Origin: Candidatus Micrarchaeota archaeon
Lineage (GTDB): Archaea > Micrarchaeota > Micrarchaeia > Micrarchaeales > CABMGC01
Direction: 5' to 3'
Length of the DNA: 64,000 nucleotides
Assembly: GCA_027365175.1 (NCBI GenBank)
Contig: DAHXNY010000001.1
Coordinates: forward strand, 51,052 to 115,051
The translations under genes were made by a program, and so were the position numbers. Shown piece after piece: positions 28,323-39,009 of the stretch. The stretch's first letter is position 1. The number at the start of each line of letters is the position of its first letter. The notes under the pieces are model-generated. The model saw only the letters and a program-made list of their open reading frames with translations, was not told the DNA's origin and searched no databases.

Positions 28323-28856
28323 ATGCCAAGAGTAAGGAAAGGAGGTTTCATTTATAGGAATGCCGTCTATATTAAGAGCGTTGCCAGAATAATGTTTGGG
28401 TTTGTCTGGCTCATAGATGCTTATTTCAAGTTTCAGCCTGGTTTTGCACAGAATTTTTCTAATCTCATACAGGCGGGTGGGCAGGGACAGCCTGGCTGGC
28501 TGGCCCCTTGGTTTTCCTTCTGGGTTAACTTTACTTCAATGAATCCGGCTGCTTGGGGATATGTCATTGCTTTCTCCGAGCTTGCCGTAGCTATCTCCTT
28601 GATCTTCGGATTTATGCGCAGAATAGGATACTCGGGAGGATTTTTGCTTAGCTTGTTGATATGGAGCATTCCGGAAGGATTCGGAGGGCCTTATGGCTCT
28701 TCCTCAACAGATATAGGAACTGCAATAATATATGCCATCGTTTTCATCATGCTGATAGTCATAAATGCTGAACAGGGTACAAGCAAATACTCGGTAGATA
28801 GTTTTGTGGAAAAACGGGTTACGTGGTGGAAGAAGGTAGCGGAATTCAGCGCATAG
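28323..28856 (+). CDS. DoxX/TQO-small-subunit-like membrane protein
   Basis: RIMFG.VW.IDA..KFQPGF, E..VA..L..G, W...EGFGGPY....TDIG.AIIY. Confidence 0.8.
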   Translation: MPRVRKGGFIYRNAVYIKSVARIMFGFVWLIDAYFKFQPGFAQNFSNLIQAGGQGQPGWLAPWFSFWVNFTSMNPAAWGYVIAFSELAVAISLIFGFMRRIGYSGGFLLSLLIWSIPEGFGGPYGSSSTDIGTAIIYAIVFIMLIVINAEQGTSKYSVDSFVEKRVTWWKKVAEFSA

Positions 28857-28887
28857 CCTAAACTTACCGGATCTGTCCTCTTGCGTA

Positions 28888-30195
28888 TTACAGTTCCCTT
28901 AACGCATCTATAGGCTGCATCTTTGATGCGCGCCATGCAGGATATACTCCTGCTATTATGCTTACGAATACAGCTACAAAGAGTGCTTCTGCTATCAGTT
29001 CAGGAGTGAATACAGGCCAGTATGATAGGGAGGAAAGTCCCGAAGATGAACCTCCTGAAGAGGATGAAAATCCTAGTCCTGCACCTCCGCCTCTGCTTGC
29101 TGATGCGCTTCCCGGACGTGGCGCTGTGCTTGCGGTCGCGGTGCTGTTTGATGAAGACAAATGCTGCAAAGCAGATAGGCCATATGATGCTGATGCGCCT
29201 ACTATTATGCCGAGTATTCCGCCTAGAATGCCTATTATCAGCGCCTGCATCATGAATATGAGGAGTATGTGCCTGCTCCTGAAGCCCAGGGATTTCATTA
29301 TACCTATCTCGTGCGTCCTTTCATATACTGCTATCAGCATTACATTCATTATGCCTATTGCAGCTACGAGCAGCGATATCCCTGCAACCACTCCCAGGAA
29401 CAGGCTTATCGCCCCTATTATGCTGGATACCGTCTGAAGTATCTGCTGGGTTGTGGTCACGGTTGCACTGGTTCCGTATATGTTTGTTAGCAGATTTGAC
29501 AGTGGAGTAACGGCAGTTATGTTAGCCGCTTTGAGCAATATGACAGTGTAGCCCTGTTTGTGCAGTATGAGCTGCGCCTCCTGAAGTGAGACCAGCATTG
29601 CAGTATTGATATTGACGATAGAAGTGCTGGACTGCTGCATTATTCCGGTTACAGGCATCGAGTATGAGCCGCCGGATGGCCCTTGCAGTTTTATCGTTAC
29701 CGCCTGCCCTACCTTAACGTTCTGTGTGGCTCCTCCCAGGGAGGATGGAAAGGCTACACCATAACCTATTACAGAAGATGGTGTGGGAGTATCCTGGTAC
29801 ATAGAACCTTGGTACAGTGATGCTACGCCTGGAAGCTCAGTCGCCCCTTCTGCAGATATGCCTATGAAGGTGGCAGAAACATTCTGCCCGTTAGCATATA
29901 CATATGCAGATCCTATTACCAAAGGTATGACGGAGCTGATATTGGGCAGCGATGAAAGGCGGCCAACATCTGCTGCTGAAAATCCTGTTGATTTTGAGCT
30001 GCTCAGTATGATGGTAGTAGGGCCCAGGGAGCTTAAGGAGTTAGATATGCTTGAGCTTATTCCCTGTGTCTGTGATACGAGGGCTATTATCGCAGCTACC
30101 CCTATCATTACCATTACTATAGTCAACGCTGTCCTTACCTTCTTCTCCTTTAGGTCCTTATAGCTAAGCCAGAATATGTCCTTTACGTTCATCAA
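28888..30195 (-). CDS. MacB/FtsX-family ABC transporter permease
   Basis: RT.LT..MV.IGVAAII, GI.N.M...V.ERT.EIGIMK.LG, G.YPAWRAS...PI.ALR. Confidence 0.93.
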   Translation of the reverse strand: MMNVKDIFWLSYKDLKEKKVRTALTIVMVMIGVAAIIALVSQTQGISSSISNSLSSLGPTTIILSSSKSTGFSAADVGRLSSLPNISSVIPLVIGSAYVYANGQNVSATFIGISAEGATELPGVASLYQGSMYQDTPTPSSVIGYGVAFPSSLGGATQNVKVGQAVTIKLQGPSGGSYSMPVTGIMQQSSTSIVNINTAMLVSLQEAQLILHKQGYTVILLKAANITAVTPLSNLLTNIYGTSATVTTTQQILQTVSSIIGAISLFLGVVAGISLLVAAIGIMNVMLIAVYERTHEIGIMKSLGFRSRHILLIFMMQALIIGILGGILGIIVGASASYGLSALQHLSSSNSTATASTAPRPGSASASRGGGAGLGFSSSSGGSSSGLSSLSYWPVFTPELIAEALFVAVFVSIIAGVYPAWRASKMQPIDALREL

Positions 30196-30206
30196 TCACG
30201 CACTCC

Positions 30207-31481
30207 TTATTTCCTGCTCCTCTTCCTCTCCCGATAATAGAGCCATGCAACAACTACCAGCGCTACGAACAGGATGAGCGCTATAAGACCGCTGCCGCTC
30301 GATTTTGCCTGCCTGGGCTGACCTGATGTCGAGGTGTTCAGAGCTGCCTGGGTTATGTTCACAGACACGTTCATCATGCTGGTCTGGTTCTGCCTTAAGC
30401 CGTTGAGGTAGTTTATCCTTATAGGTATGTTGTAGGTTCCTGGTTTCAAGTTTGAGCTGGAGATTAAAGTAACAGTTACAGGCGATTGCGTATCTGCGCC
30501 TATATCCCCTATATACACGGGGTTTGTCCCGTAAGAGCTGAAGCCCTTAGGCATAAGCACGTATGCGCTTGCTGCAGATGCTCCGGATGTCCCTATGTCA
30601 GTAAGAACAAAGGATATTGAGAATATGCTTCCCTGCGGCACTGTAGAAGGAGAGAGTGTTATTCCTGACGGCAACAGGTTTATGGCGCCTGTTGGTATGA
30701 TAGAGGTGCTGTTTAGCACCTGCTCAAGATCCGATCCTGAATAGAAGGTCGCAGTTATGTTTACAGGGAAGGATTCTATCGAGGCGTTCCTTGAAACGAA
30801 GACGCTTGCGTTTATCTTGGATTCGTTGCCAGGGCCCAGTGCTTTTATGTTGTACTCCTGGCTGCCTACAACCGCTCCGTCTATCGGTGGGAGAGACCAG
30901 TGAACGTTTATGTTTGAGATGCTGGAATTTCCATTATTCTTTAATCTTATGGTTATATTCTGTATTTCACCGGAAGTCAGGGTCTTCGGAGTCATGTTCA
31001 CAGTAAGCTGTGAAGGGCATTGAACAGCTATCAGAGAGAGGTTCCTCACCTCGCTGTCAGAATAGAGCTGCAGGTAGTAATAGGATATTGATACTGGCAC
31101 CGTATTGATCAGCGGTGCGCTCTGATTTACGAATACGTGCAGATATATTGTTGCTGAACCTAGAGAGGGTATGCTCCCTATGTAAGCCGTGCCGTTCCCT
31201 GCTGAAGCAAGGTACCTGGATGAACCAAGGCTAAGCGTCACTCCCTGCATTGCGGTCCCGGTAAGATTCTGTGTGCCTACTCCCAGGTAATTCGTCTTTG
31301 CATTGGTAACAGTTATCGGTATGTTGTTGATCTGGCCTTTGCACAGCAGTATAGGCTGCGACGTTACCTGGAAGTTTGGTGGCAGAGGTATTGGCGATGG
31401 CCCGTTTGTCCCTGCATAGACTATCCCCGTAGAGAGCACTGCAAACAGTGCGAATGTCATCATCACATTTGTCTTGTTCAT
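30207..31481 (-). CDS. S-layer-domain (COG1361-like) secreted protein with C-terminal TM anchor
   Basis: Signal peptide from ATG 31481 (ATGA overlap with ATPase stop), Ig-like repeats, C-terminal TM plus basic tail; between ABC ATPase and permease. Confidence 0.82.
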   Translation of the reverse strand: MNKTNVMMTFALFAVLSTGIVYAGTNGPSPIPLPPNFQVTSQPILLCKGQINNIPITVTNAKTNYLGVGTQNLTGTAMQGVTLSLGSSRYLASAGNGTAYIGSIPSLGSATIYLHVFVNQSAPLINTVPVSISYYYLQLYSDSEVRNLSLIAVQCPSQLTVNMTPKTLTSGEIQNITIRLKNNGNSSISNINVHWSLPPIDGAVVGSQEYNIKALGPGNESKINASVFVSRNASIESFPVNITATFYSGSDLEQVLNSTSIIPTGAINLLPSGITLSPSTVPQGSIFSISFVLTDIGTSGASAASAYVLMPKGFSSYGTNPVYIGDIGADTQSPVTVTLISSSNLKPGTYNIPIRINYLNGLRQNQTSMMNVSVNITQAALNTSTSGQPRQAKSSGSGLIALILFVALVVVAWLYYRERKRSRK

Positions 31482-32206
31482 CTTATCACTTTTTCCTTCT
31501 CTAATTTTCCATCTCTTATATAGATGATTTTGTCGCAATAGCTCGTTATCTCGAGATTATGCGTTATCATTATTATAGTCACATTCCTGTCTTTGCATAC
31601 CTTTGCGAGCAGTTTGACCACGTTCTCTCCTGATTTAGTGTCTAGGTCTCCAGTAGGTTCGTCTGCAAGTATTAAAGAGGGATCGTTCACTAGAGCACGT
31701 GCTATTGCCACGCGCTGCTGCTCTCCACCGCTTAGCTTTGAAGGCGGCAGGTGCAACCTCTCTCCCAGTCCAAGGCCATCTAACAGTTCAGCTGATTTCC
31801 TGTATCTTTCTTTCTCAGGAACCTCTGTCGCGTTTGCAAGCAGAGGCAGGAAGACATTCTGCTGTGCAGTCAGCCCGTTTATCAGGTTGAATGCCTGGAA
31901 TACGAAGCCCATGTGCTTGTTCCTGAATACGGCAAGTTGTTCATCGTTCATCTTTGAGATATCTTCACCGTCTATGTATATGGCGCCTGCGGTGGGCCTG
32001 TCAACCGTGCCTATCAGGTTCATCAGTGTCGACTTTCCGCTGCCTGAAGGACCGACTATTGCTGCAAATTCTCCCCTCTTTACGGTAAATGATATCCCGA
32101 GTACTGCCTTTACCTCTACATCACCGCTTATGTAGGTCTTGTGTACATCCTCCACTCTGACAGCGATGTTGCCGGACTTGTTAGTGGATTGTGCCATTCG
32201 GATCAT
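31478..32206 (-). CDS. LolD/MacB-type ABC transporter ATP-binding protein
   Basis: [43 protein letters not shown]; start may be ATG 32197. Confidence 0.96.
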   Translation of the reverse strand: MIRMAQSTNKSGNIAVRVEDVHKTYISGDVEVKAVLGISFTVKRGEFAAIVGPSGSGKSTLMNLIGTVDRPTAGAIYIDGEDISKMNDEQLAVFRNKHMGFVFQAFNLINGLTAQQNVFLPLLANATEVPEKERYRKSAELLDGLGLGERLHLPPSKLSGGEQQRVAIARALVNDPSLILADEPTGDLDTKSGENVVKLLAKVCKDRNVTIIMITHNLEITSYCDKIIYIRDGKLEKEKVIR

Positions 32207-32288
32207 CCTTAGTGAATCGGACTTAGTTATAGGGATATTAGGCAGTATAGCCTATTATATACGGATACTTGATGCTTCGGTTTTGTAT

Positions 32289-33098
32289 TTATCCGAGGTT
32301 TGTGCTGTAGAACCTTAGCAGCATCTGCCATGCTTCTTCTGCTGCTTTCTTGTTGTAATGCTGTTCTCTTGTGTCATTGAAGAATGCGTGGTGAGCTCCT
32401 GGGAAGACCTTTATTGTGAATGGCTTCTTGTAATCCACAAGAGCCTTTACCAATTCATGTATTCCTGCATTTATCCTGCCGTCCTCTCCCCCATATAAAC
32501 CCATTACTGCTCCTTTCACCCCATTTATCTTTTCTATAGGGTTAGGATTTTCTCCGTAGAATATTACCGATGCATCAGTCTTGCCTGTGCACCCCAGGTT
32601 TATTGACATGCCTCCTCCGAAACAGAATCCTACGCTGCCTATCTTTTCACTGACATTTGGCAATGAATGCAGATAGTCTATTCCGCTTGACATATATTCC
32701 ACAAACAGATCCACAGGCCTGTTCATAAACAGTATCTGATTTACCTCAGTGACTGCCTTTTTCTCATCTTCTGGCAGCTTGGCAAGCTCGTCTGCCCTGT
32801 ACTGCTCGTCCCTCTGTTTGTCTACAGGTATGGACATCATGAACTTCATGGCGGCAGCTATGTTCTGGCTTGATAGAGAGGCTGACAGCTTTTTGCTTGA
32901 GAAGAGATGCGGTGCAAGGACAGTATAGCCCTCTGCCGCAAGCCTGTCTGCCACGTTCCTGGTATGGGCATCTAGGCCGAATATCTCGTGTATCATTATG
33001 ACTCCTGGATGCCTATCATTATCGGCAGGAGCTGCAAGATACGCTTCTACAGAGTCATCCTTAGTTTCATATTTCACGTTTTCAGATTTTGTTTTCAT
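32289..33098 (-). CDS. Dienelactone hydrolase family protein
   Basis: HEIFGL, GFCFGG nucleophile, G.ED, GA.HAFFND. Confidence 0.93.
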   Translation of the reverse strand: MKTKSENVKYETKDDSVEAYLAAPADNDRHPGVIMIHEIFGLDAHTRNVADRLAAEGYTVLAPHLFSSKKLSASLSSQNIAAAMKFMMSIPVDKQRDEQYRADELAKLPEDEKKAVTEVNQILFMNRPVDLFVEYMSSGIDYLHSLPNVSEKIGSVGFCFGGGMSINLGCTGKTDASVIFYGENPNPIEKINGVKGAVMGLYGGEDGRINAGIHELVKALVDYKKPFTIKVFPGAHHAFFNDTREQHYNKKAAEEAWQMLLRFYSTNLG

Positions 33099-33112
33099 TC
33101 CATCACACGTTG

Positions 33113-34045
33113 TTAATATTGTATTTTTATTATGATCTTTCCCTTTGCCTTCCTGCTCTCGCTCAGTGCATGCGCTTCGCTTATTTTTTCCAAAGGCAAT
33201 TCCCTGTCAATGATAACCTTTAGCTTGCCGGAGTCTGCCAGCTTTGCCAGTTCCTCCATAGTCTTCCCATCTGAAGGCACAGAAAGGTATTTTGCGTCAA
33301 TCCCGTATTTATCCGCAGCAGCGTTGTCCGTCGGCCCTGTCAGACTTATTAGTTTGCCCCCTTTTTTCACAATCTTGTATGCTTTTGAGAGAGTCTCTCC
33401 GCCGACAGTATCCAGCAGTATATCCACATCGCTTACCTTTTCGCTGAAATCACCTTCCGCATAATCTATTGCTTCGTCCGCACCCATTGCCTTTAGTGTC
33501 CGCAGATTTGCCTTGGACGATGTGCCTATGACATATGCACCTAAGGTCTTTGCAATCTGTATGGCCATTATCCCTACTCCGCCAGATGCTCCCGTTATCA
33601 AGATCTTTTGTCCTTTCTTTACTCCTGTCATTTCAACCAGAACGCTCCATGCTGTTCCGGCAGCTACAGGCAGCCCTGCAGCCTCCCTTTCTGGCATGTT
33701 TTTCGGAGCGTGAGCTATGTTGCTCTCCTTTGCCAACGCGTATTCTGCATAACTGCCGTTGCTCCCGAAATTTGCCTTGCCGAATACAAGATCGCCTTTC
33801 TTGAACTTTGATACTGAAGAGCCTGCTTTCTCTACTGTTCCTATCATATCTGTTCCAAGAATTGCAGGGAATTTTAATGGCATGCCGTCCTTCATGTGCC
33901 CCGCCCTTACCTTGTAGTCAAAGGGATTAACACTGGCGTAATGAACCCTTACCAGCACCTCTGTGGCCCCTGGTTCTGGTATTGCAATGTCTTCCTGCCT
34001 AAAAACAGTGCTGTCCCCATATTCATGTATAACTGCAGCTTTCAT
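33113..34045 (-). CDS. NADP-dependent quinone-reductase-type (MDR) oxidoreductase
   Basis: VNP.D, LG.D..G.V, G.YAEY, GASGGVG, D.VGG; no Zn-binding Cys. Confidence 0.92.
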   Translation of the reverse strand: MKAAVIHEYGDSTVFRQEDIAIPEPGATEVLVRVHYASVNPFDYKVRAGHMKDGMPLKFPAILGTDMIGTVEKAGSSVSKFKKGDLVFGKANFGSNGSYAEYALAKESNIAHAPKNMPEREAAGLPVAAGTAWSVLVEMTGVKKGQKILITGASGGVGIMAIQIAKTLGAYVIGTSSKANLRTLKAMGADEAIDYAEGDFSEKVSDVDILLDTVGGETLSKAYKIVKKGGKLISLTGPTDNAAADKYGIDAKYLSVPSDGKTMEELAKLADSGKLKVIIDRELPLEKISEAHALSESRKAKGKIIIKIQY

Positions 34046-34077
34046 ATAATCATTTTATATTTAGGAATTAATAATTA

Positions 34078-34100
34078 TAATAGTATAGGACATACTATTA
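34078..34100. promoter_or_regulatory. Perfect inverted repeat TAATAGTAT-N5-ATACTATTA between divergent oxidoreductase and MFS genes (candidate operator)
   Basis: 9-bp arms read directly in an 81-bp divergent intergenic region. Confidence 0.55.
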
Positions 34101-34126
34101 ATACCTTTTAGCATATTGTTGTTTGC

Positions 34127-35854
34127 ATGGCCGCAGATTTGAATAAAGAAGAGTATGATTTGGAGGAGCGCAAGCGGGAGAGCAGGTACGGAAAGAATTA
34201 CAAATGGGTAGCGCTGTCAAATACGACGCTTGGAGTACTGATGGCTTCAATAGATTCATCTATACTGATAATATCCCTTCCTGCGATATTCAATGGCCTC
34301 GGAGTCAATCCGTTGACTCCCGGGAACATAACTCTGCTCCTGTGGCTGCTGCTAGGTTACATGATAATGTCGTCGGTCATAGTGGTTACCATAGGCCGAC
34401 TATCGGACATGTTCGGCAGGGTGAAGCTTTACAATCTTGGCTTTGCCATATTTGCGATAGGTTCTACCATACTATACGCGATAACTTACCTGTTTACAGG
34501 GACTACTGCTGTACTTTTGATGATAATCTTCAGACTTGTACAGGGTTTTGGAGGAGGATTCCTTTTTGCAAACGGCGCAGCTATAATAACAGATGCGTTT
34601 CCACATGGACAGAGAGGGACTGCCTTGGGGATAAACCAGATTGCGGGGATAATGGGCAGTCTTATAGGGCTCATAGTTGGAGGTATACTGTCTGCGATAG
34701 ACTGGCACCTCATATTCCTGATAAGTGTGCCCGTAGGCGTATTGGGAGCAGTGTGGTCTTACCTTGCACTTCATGAGATAGCAACAATAAGGAAAAATCA
34801 GAAGATTGACATTTTGGGCAATGTGACTTTTGCGTCCGCTTTGACGCTTATATTAATTTCAATGACCTACGGGCTTCTGCCATATGGGAGTAGCAATACT
34901 GGATGGTCTAGCCCTTATGTGCTGTCAGGAATAATTATAGGTATAGCGCTTCTTGTTGCGTTTGTCTTTATAGAGCTGAGGGCGAAGGACCCTATGTTCA
35001 ACCTTTATCTTTTCAAGATACGGGCTTTCTCTGCAGGAATACTTAGCCTGTTCCTTGCAGGGATAGCTAGAGGCGGACTTCAGTTTATGCTGATAATATG
35101 GCTGCAGGGCGTATGGCTTCCGCTTCACGGAGTGAGCTTTGTTAACACGCCACTTCAGGCGGGCATAGATATGATACCTTTGCTTATCGGGTTCCTGGCG
35201 ATGGGACCGATAGCCGGACATCTATCCGATAAATACGGGGCAAGAGTGTTTTCCACGCTTGGCATGGTGATAAATGTCATCGGATTTCTCCTTCTGATGA
35301 CTTTGCCCGTGAACTTCAACTACGCGGCATTTGCGCTCATAATATTCGTTTTGGGGTTAGGGCAGGGGATGTTTGCTGCACCAAACACCACCTCAGTCAT
35401 GAATGCCGTTCCTCCAGAACATAGAGGCATAACTGCGGGAATGAGAGCCACCTTCATGAATATGTCCTTCATGTTCAGCATTGTTATCTTTTTTGCACTG
35501 CTGGTAGTCGGGTTAGGAAACGCACTGCCCAGTTCCTTATACAATGGGTTGGTGGCACAGAGCGTTCCTGCAGCTACAGCACAGATAGTATCAAGGCTTC
35601 CTCCAACATCTGCACTGTTTGCTGCACTTCTTGGATACAATCCAATGCTGGTGCTACTTCCACAGAATTCTATAGCATCAATACCAAAAGCAAATCTTAC
35701 GACAATAACAGGCACTAAATTCTTCCCTAACCTTGTTTCAGTTCCTTTTGCCCAAGGGATACATGAGGTGCTGGTAGCGGCTGCGATAATGGCAGGAATA
35801 GCTGCGGTTGCGTCTGCGCTTAGGGGCAAACGTTACATATACGGAAGACAGTAG
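34127..35854 (+). CDS. MFS transporter, DHA2 (EmrB/QacA-like)
   Basis: GRLSDMFGR motif A, AI.TDAFP...RG.ALG.NQ, about 14 TMs. Confidence 0.93.
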   Translation: MAADLNKEEYDLEERKRESRYGKNYKWVALSNTTLGVLMASIDSSILIISLPAIFNGLGVNPLTPGNITLLLWLLLGYMIMSSVIVVTIGRLSDMFGRVKLYNLGFAIFAIGSTILYAITYLFTGTTAVLLMIIFRLVQGFGGGFLFANGAAIITDAFPHGQRGTALGINQIAGIMGSLIGLIVGGILSAIDWHLIFLISVPVGVLGAVWSYLALHEIATIRKNQKIDILGNVTFASALTLILISMTYGLLPYGSSNTGWSSPYVLSGIIIGIALLVAFVFIELRAKDPMFNLYLFKIRAFSAGILSLFLAGIARGGLQFMLIIWLQGVWLPLHGVSFVNTPLQAGIDMIPLLIGFLAMGPIAGHLSDKYGARVFSTLGMVINVIGFLLLMTLPVNFNYAAFALIIFVLGLGQGMFAAPNTTSVMNAVPPEHRGITAGMRATFMNMSFMFSIVIFFALLVVGLGNALPSSLYNGLVAQSVPAATAQIVSRLPPTSALFAALLGYNPMLVLLPQNSIASIPKANLTTITGTKFFPNLVSVPFAQGIHEVLVAAAIMAGIAAVASALRGKRYIYGRQ

Positions 35855-35883
35855 TATTTTCTTGCTTCGCATGCTTGGCAGGC

Positions 35884-36711
35884 TTACATTGCAAGCAGAT
35901 CGTTCTTGTTTTTGAACAGGCCGTGCCTGAAGAATGCATAGAATAGGAAGCATGTTATGCCGAAGGGTATGTATCCGATGTAGCCCTCTACAGGCATGGC
36001 AAAGATCTTGACATTGATTATAAGCGATGGCATTGTATATACCCATTGAGGGTATGCTTGATAGTTCCAGAACTCCCAGAAGAAGCCCATTATCAGCCCT
36101 GCGACGCTTGCCTGCAGTATAGTGCTTTTGATCCCGATGCTGGCCTTCTGCAGAAGGCTTGCTCTTCCTGTAATATAATTGAGAGGGTCGAGGAAGAGCC
36201 CTATGCCAGACCACATGAACAGAACGCCTACGGGCCCGAGCACTATTGGAGATAGCATTAGAACCAGTCCAATTGCCACCGGTAGTTTTGCGGAAAAGGC
36301 GTTTGCCGATTTGCTTTTGATGGCTCTTCTTGCGGAATCAAATCTTGTTCCCAGCTTAAGGGCCCTTACCAGTGTGAAGGTTTCCATTACTGCAGGCAGT
36401 ATGGTGATGAAGTCGAAGATGTGCACGTACCAAAGATAGTTTACATAATACCAGCTGTGGGTAAAAAAGTTGTAGAATTCGAATATAAGCCAGAAGGGGA
36501 GTGACAGCACAGCCATTGACAATATTTCCTTGGGATAAGAAGATATTAGGGACTTCCCTTTGATGTGATAAACCAAGCTGTCTGCAAGAAGTATGTAGCC
36601 AGTCCAGATTATGACTATGTACCAATCTGCAAATGGTTGCACAACATAGTGGAAATTAATCTCTGCAAGAAGGATAAGCAGCAGACCTAGATAACCATAC
36701 CATTTCAGCAT
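35884..36711 (-). CDS. Conserved hypothetical membrane protein
   Basis: Multi-TM with W..FE.YN....W.Y and G..WEFWNY.A...W.Y..P, MP..GY.GY.PF; start placed at MLKWYG (36756 also possible). Confidence 0.75.
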   Translation of the reverse strand: MLKWYGYLGLLLILLAEINFHYVVQPFADWYIVIIWTGYILLADSLVYHIKGKSLISSYPKEILSMAVLSLPFWLIFEFYNFFTHSWYYVNYLWYVHIFDFITILPAVMETFTLVRALKLGTRFDSARRAIKSKSANAFSAKLPVAIGLVLMLSPIVLGPVGVLFMWSGIGLFLDPLNYITGRASLLQKASIGIKSTILQASVAGLIMGFFWEFWNYQAYPQWVYTMPSLIINVKIFAMPVEGYIGYIPFGITCFLFYAFFRHGLFKNKNDLLAM

Positions 36712-37026
36712 AAATAAACCTTTGGAAGTGCAGAAGCCATATGTAACTGTTTGCATTTTGAAATAAATGCTTTTATTATTTGGTATCGGCGTGTTATTTT
36801 AACCTGTCTTTGATGTAGAAGGATATTTGCGGTTGTGTGAATTCTTATCGGTTAAGGAGTGGTGTAATTTTTATAATACTTTCTGAAAATTTGCTCTCTC
36901 TAGTTGCATTTGGGTCAGGTATATGGCGTGTTTGTTCGGTAAAAAAGTAACTTATATAATAATGACGCACAATATGGTTTATGCATTCTGATTCCAGAGT
37001 TCTATGGAAGAGATAGATGATGTAAA

Positions 37027-37590
37027 TTGAGCGGCATTTATTCTATGATACAGGGCTTTAATCTTGCAGCATACCAAGCGTCGCAGGTGATAGCAAGCCC
37101 GCTTCTATACCATATTATGTCATACGTAGTGGAAAGCTACCTGGTAGTGCTTCCGCTGATGGTGATTTATCTGATATATAAGAAGGATAGGAATGTCTTC
37201 GTATTTGCAGTTGCAGGGCTTGTACTGTATATCATAGGAGACATTATCAAGATGATTGTGCGTGAGCCTAGGCCGTGCAGCCTGCAGGGAACGCAGTACC
37301 TTCAGAGCTATTGCGATACAAATTACTCCTTCCCTTCAAATCATGCTACGGTACTGACAGGGCTGGCTCTTTTTATAAACTACAAATATCTGCGGATACT
37401 TTACATCCTTTGGGTCATACTCCTGCTGTTTGGCAAGTTGTTCCTTGCACAACATTATCTTACAGACCTGATAGCAGGAGTGATAATAAGCCTCATAGTT
37501 GCAAGGCTGCTGCAGGTCTACAGCAAGAGGATAAACGATGCGCTTGCAGGAATATTCAACAGGATATTCGGCAGGGTGTATAAGATTTGA
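37027..37590 (+). CDS. PAP2-family membrane phosphatase
   Basis: K....EPRP, SFPSNHA, H...D..AG. Confidence 0.88.
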   Translation: MSGIYSMIQGFNLAAYQASQVIASPLLYHIMSYVVESYLVVLPLMVIYLIYKKDRNVFVFAVAGLVLYIIGDIIKMIVREPRPCSLQGTQYLQSYCDTNYSFPSNHATVLTGLALFINYKYLRILYILWVILLLFGKLFLAQHYLTDLIAGVIISLIVARLLQVYSKRINDALAGIFNRIFGRVYKI

Positions 37591-37645
37591 GTCCATTGTA
37601 CAGTTGTTAAGGATCCTGGTCTGTCACTTATTACCGTATTTTGAT

Positions 37646-37666
37646 TGCTCCCATCGGGATTTGGAC
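37646..37666. repeat. Duplication of the tRNA-Glu 3' end (att-like)
   Basis: TGCTCCCATCGGGATTTGGAC vs TGCTCCCATCGGGATTTGAAC at 39010..39030 (20/21). Confidence 0.85.
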
Positions 37667-37729
37667 TTTAGGGTTGCTTCGTGAATTGATTGCTTGCAAG
37701 GAATCGTATCGTTCTGGAATCCGCGTGCA

Positions 37730-38905
37730 TCACTCCAAATCAGAAAGCAGCTTTTTTATACTAACAAATTTTATATGACATCCAACTTCTTTTAAATCCG
37801 ATTCTTCCCCTTCCCAGAACACAATATATGCAGTCTTTGGATTGTAGGAATTTATGAACGCACGCATTCCCTTACTCAGAGTTCCGGGAGCTGCTTTTGT
37901 CTTTACTTCGATAGGTATCGCCCCGTCTCTTCCTTGTACTACAAAATCTACTTCTGCCCCTCCTTTCGTATGCCAGTACCTGACCTCCTTATCAGCCTTT
38001 ATAAGCTCCGATAGAACATAATTCTCAAAGAGCTTTCCCTTATTTTCATGGCTTACTTGAAACTCTTTCGCTATCACGTTCCTTATGCCCGTGTCGATAA
38101 AATATAACTTTGGTTGTTTTACTATCTCCTTTAGTTTATTTTTATAAAACGGGTGTATTCTGACTATGAGATAGCTTTTTTCCATCGCATCGAGGTATTT
38201 TTTGACTGATTGGAACGATATGCTTAATTCTTTGCAGATGCTGTCGTAGGATAAAATGTTGCCGATGCAGTGCGATAAGTAGATTGAAAGCCGCTCTAGG
38301 CTGTCTATATCGTCTATTTTAAACGTCCTGGCGATATCTTTTAATACCATGGTTTCATACAAATCTCTGAGGAGAGACTCCTTGCCGGAATTTTCTTTGG
38401 TCAGGACGACTTTTGGGTATCCGCCGTAGATCATGTGCTCTTCAATAAGACGATAAAGAATCTTCTTGGTTGTTTCTTTTTGCTCCTTCGCAGATAAGAA
38501 TTCGTTTAGGGAGAACTGAAAAAGTTTTATTACCGAAACTCTACCAACCAGCCATCCGAGCACATCTTTGCCCAACAGGATTTGGGATGAAGACGTGAGC
38601 CATATCTTTTCCCCCTTGTCTGCAAGGTACTTTAATTTCCTGCCTGGATCATTCCCGTATTGCACTTCGTCTAGTATAGTTGTGCGTTCAGCCGAAATAT
38701 ACTGGTTTTCGAACCTTTTTATGTCCGAATCAAAAAGCTCCTTTACATCGGGATCATCAAAGAACAGGTAGCGCGCCTTTGTTGCTTCTCCCTGTACCTT
38801 AAGGAATGTCGTTTTGCCTGCTTGCCTTGGCCCGACCACTGCCAAAATGGCATTTAGTTTGGATGCATTGATGAATTCCCTGGTTATTTTCCGTTCCACA
38901 TACAT
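37730..38905 (-). CDS. AAA+ ATPase with DUF4143/PD-(D/E)xK domain (COG1373 type)
   Basis: GPRQAGKTT, LDEVQ, GGYP, K.YF.DTG.RN, G..FEN, EVDFV...PIEVK. Confidence 0.92.
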   Translation of the reverse strand: MYVERKITREFINASKLNAILAVVGPRQAGKTTFLKVQGEATKARYLFFDDPDVKELFDSDIKRFENQYISAERTTILDEVQYGNDPGRKLKYLADKGEKIWLTSSSQILLGKDVLGWLVGRVSVIKLFQFSLNEFLSAKEQKETTKKILYRLIEEHMIYGGYPKVVLTKENSGKESLLRDLYETMVLKDIARTFKIDDIDSLERLSIYLSHCIGNILSYDSICKELSISFQSVKKYLDAMEKSYLIVRIHPFYKNKLKEIVKQPKLYFIDTGIRNVIAKEFQVSHENKGKLFENYVLSELIKADKEVRYWHTKGGAEVDFVVQGRDGAIPIEVKTKAAPGTLSKGMRAFINSYNPKTAYIVFWEGEESDLKEVGCHIKFVSIKKLLSDLE

Positions 38906-39009
38906 GATTATATTATAGCTCTAGCCATTTAAATATCTTTCTACTAAAATTAAACAATAGTTAAACTTTAGTACAACTATGATTGTACTCTGGTTCAGTA
39001 ATAGTAGAA

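Noticed and set aside
36646..36656. Short TAGTGGAA matches inside CDSs (also near 37128)
   Set aside because: Only 8-9 bp, in coding sequence and expected by chance; not counted as motif copies
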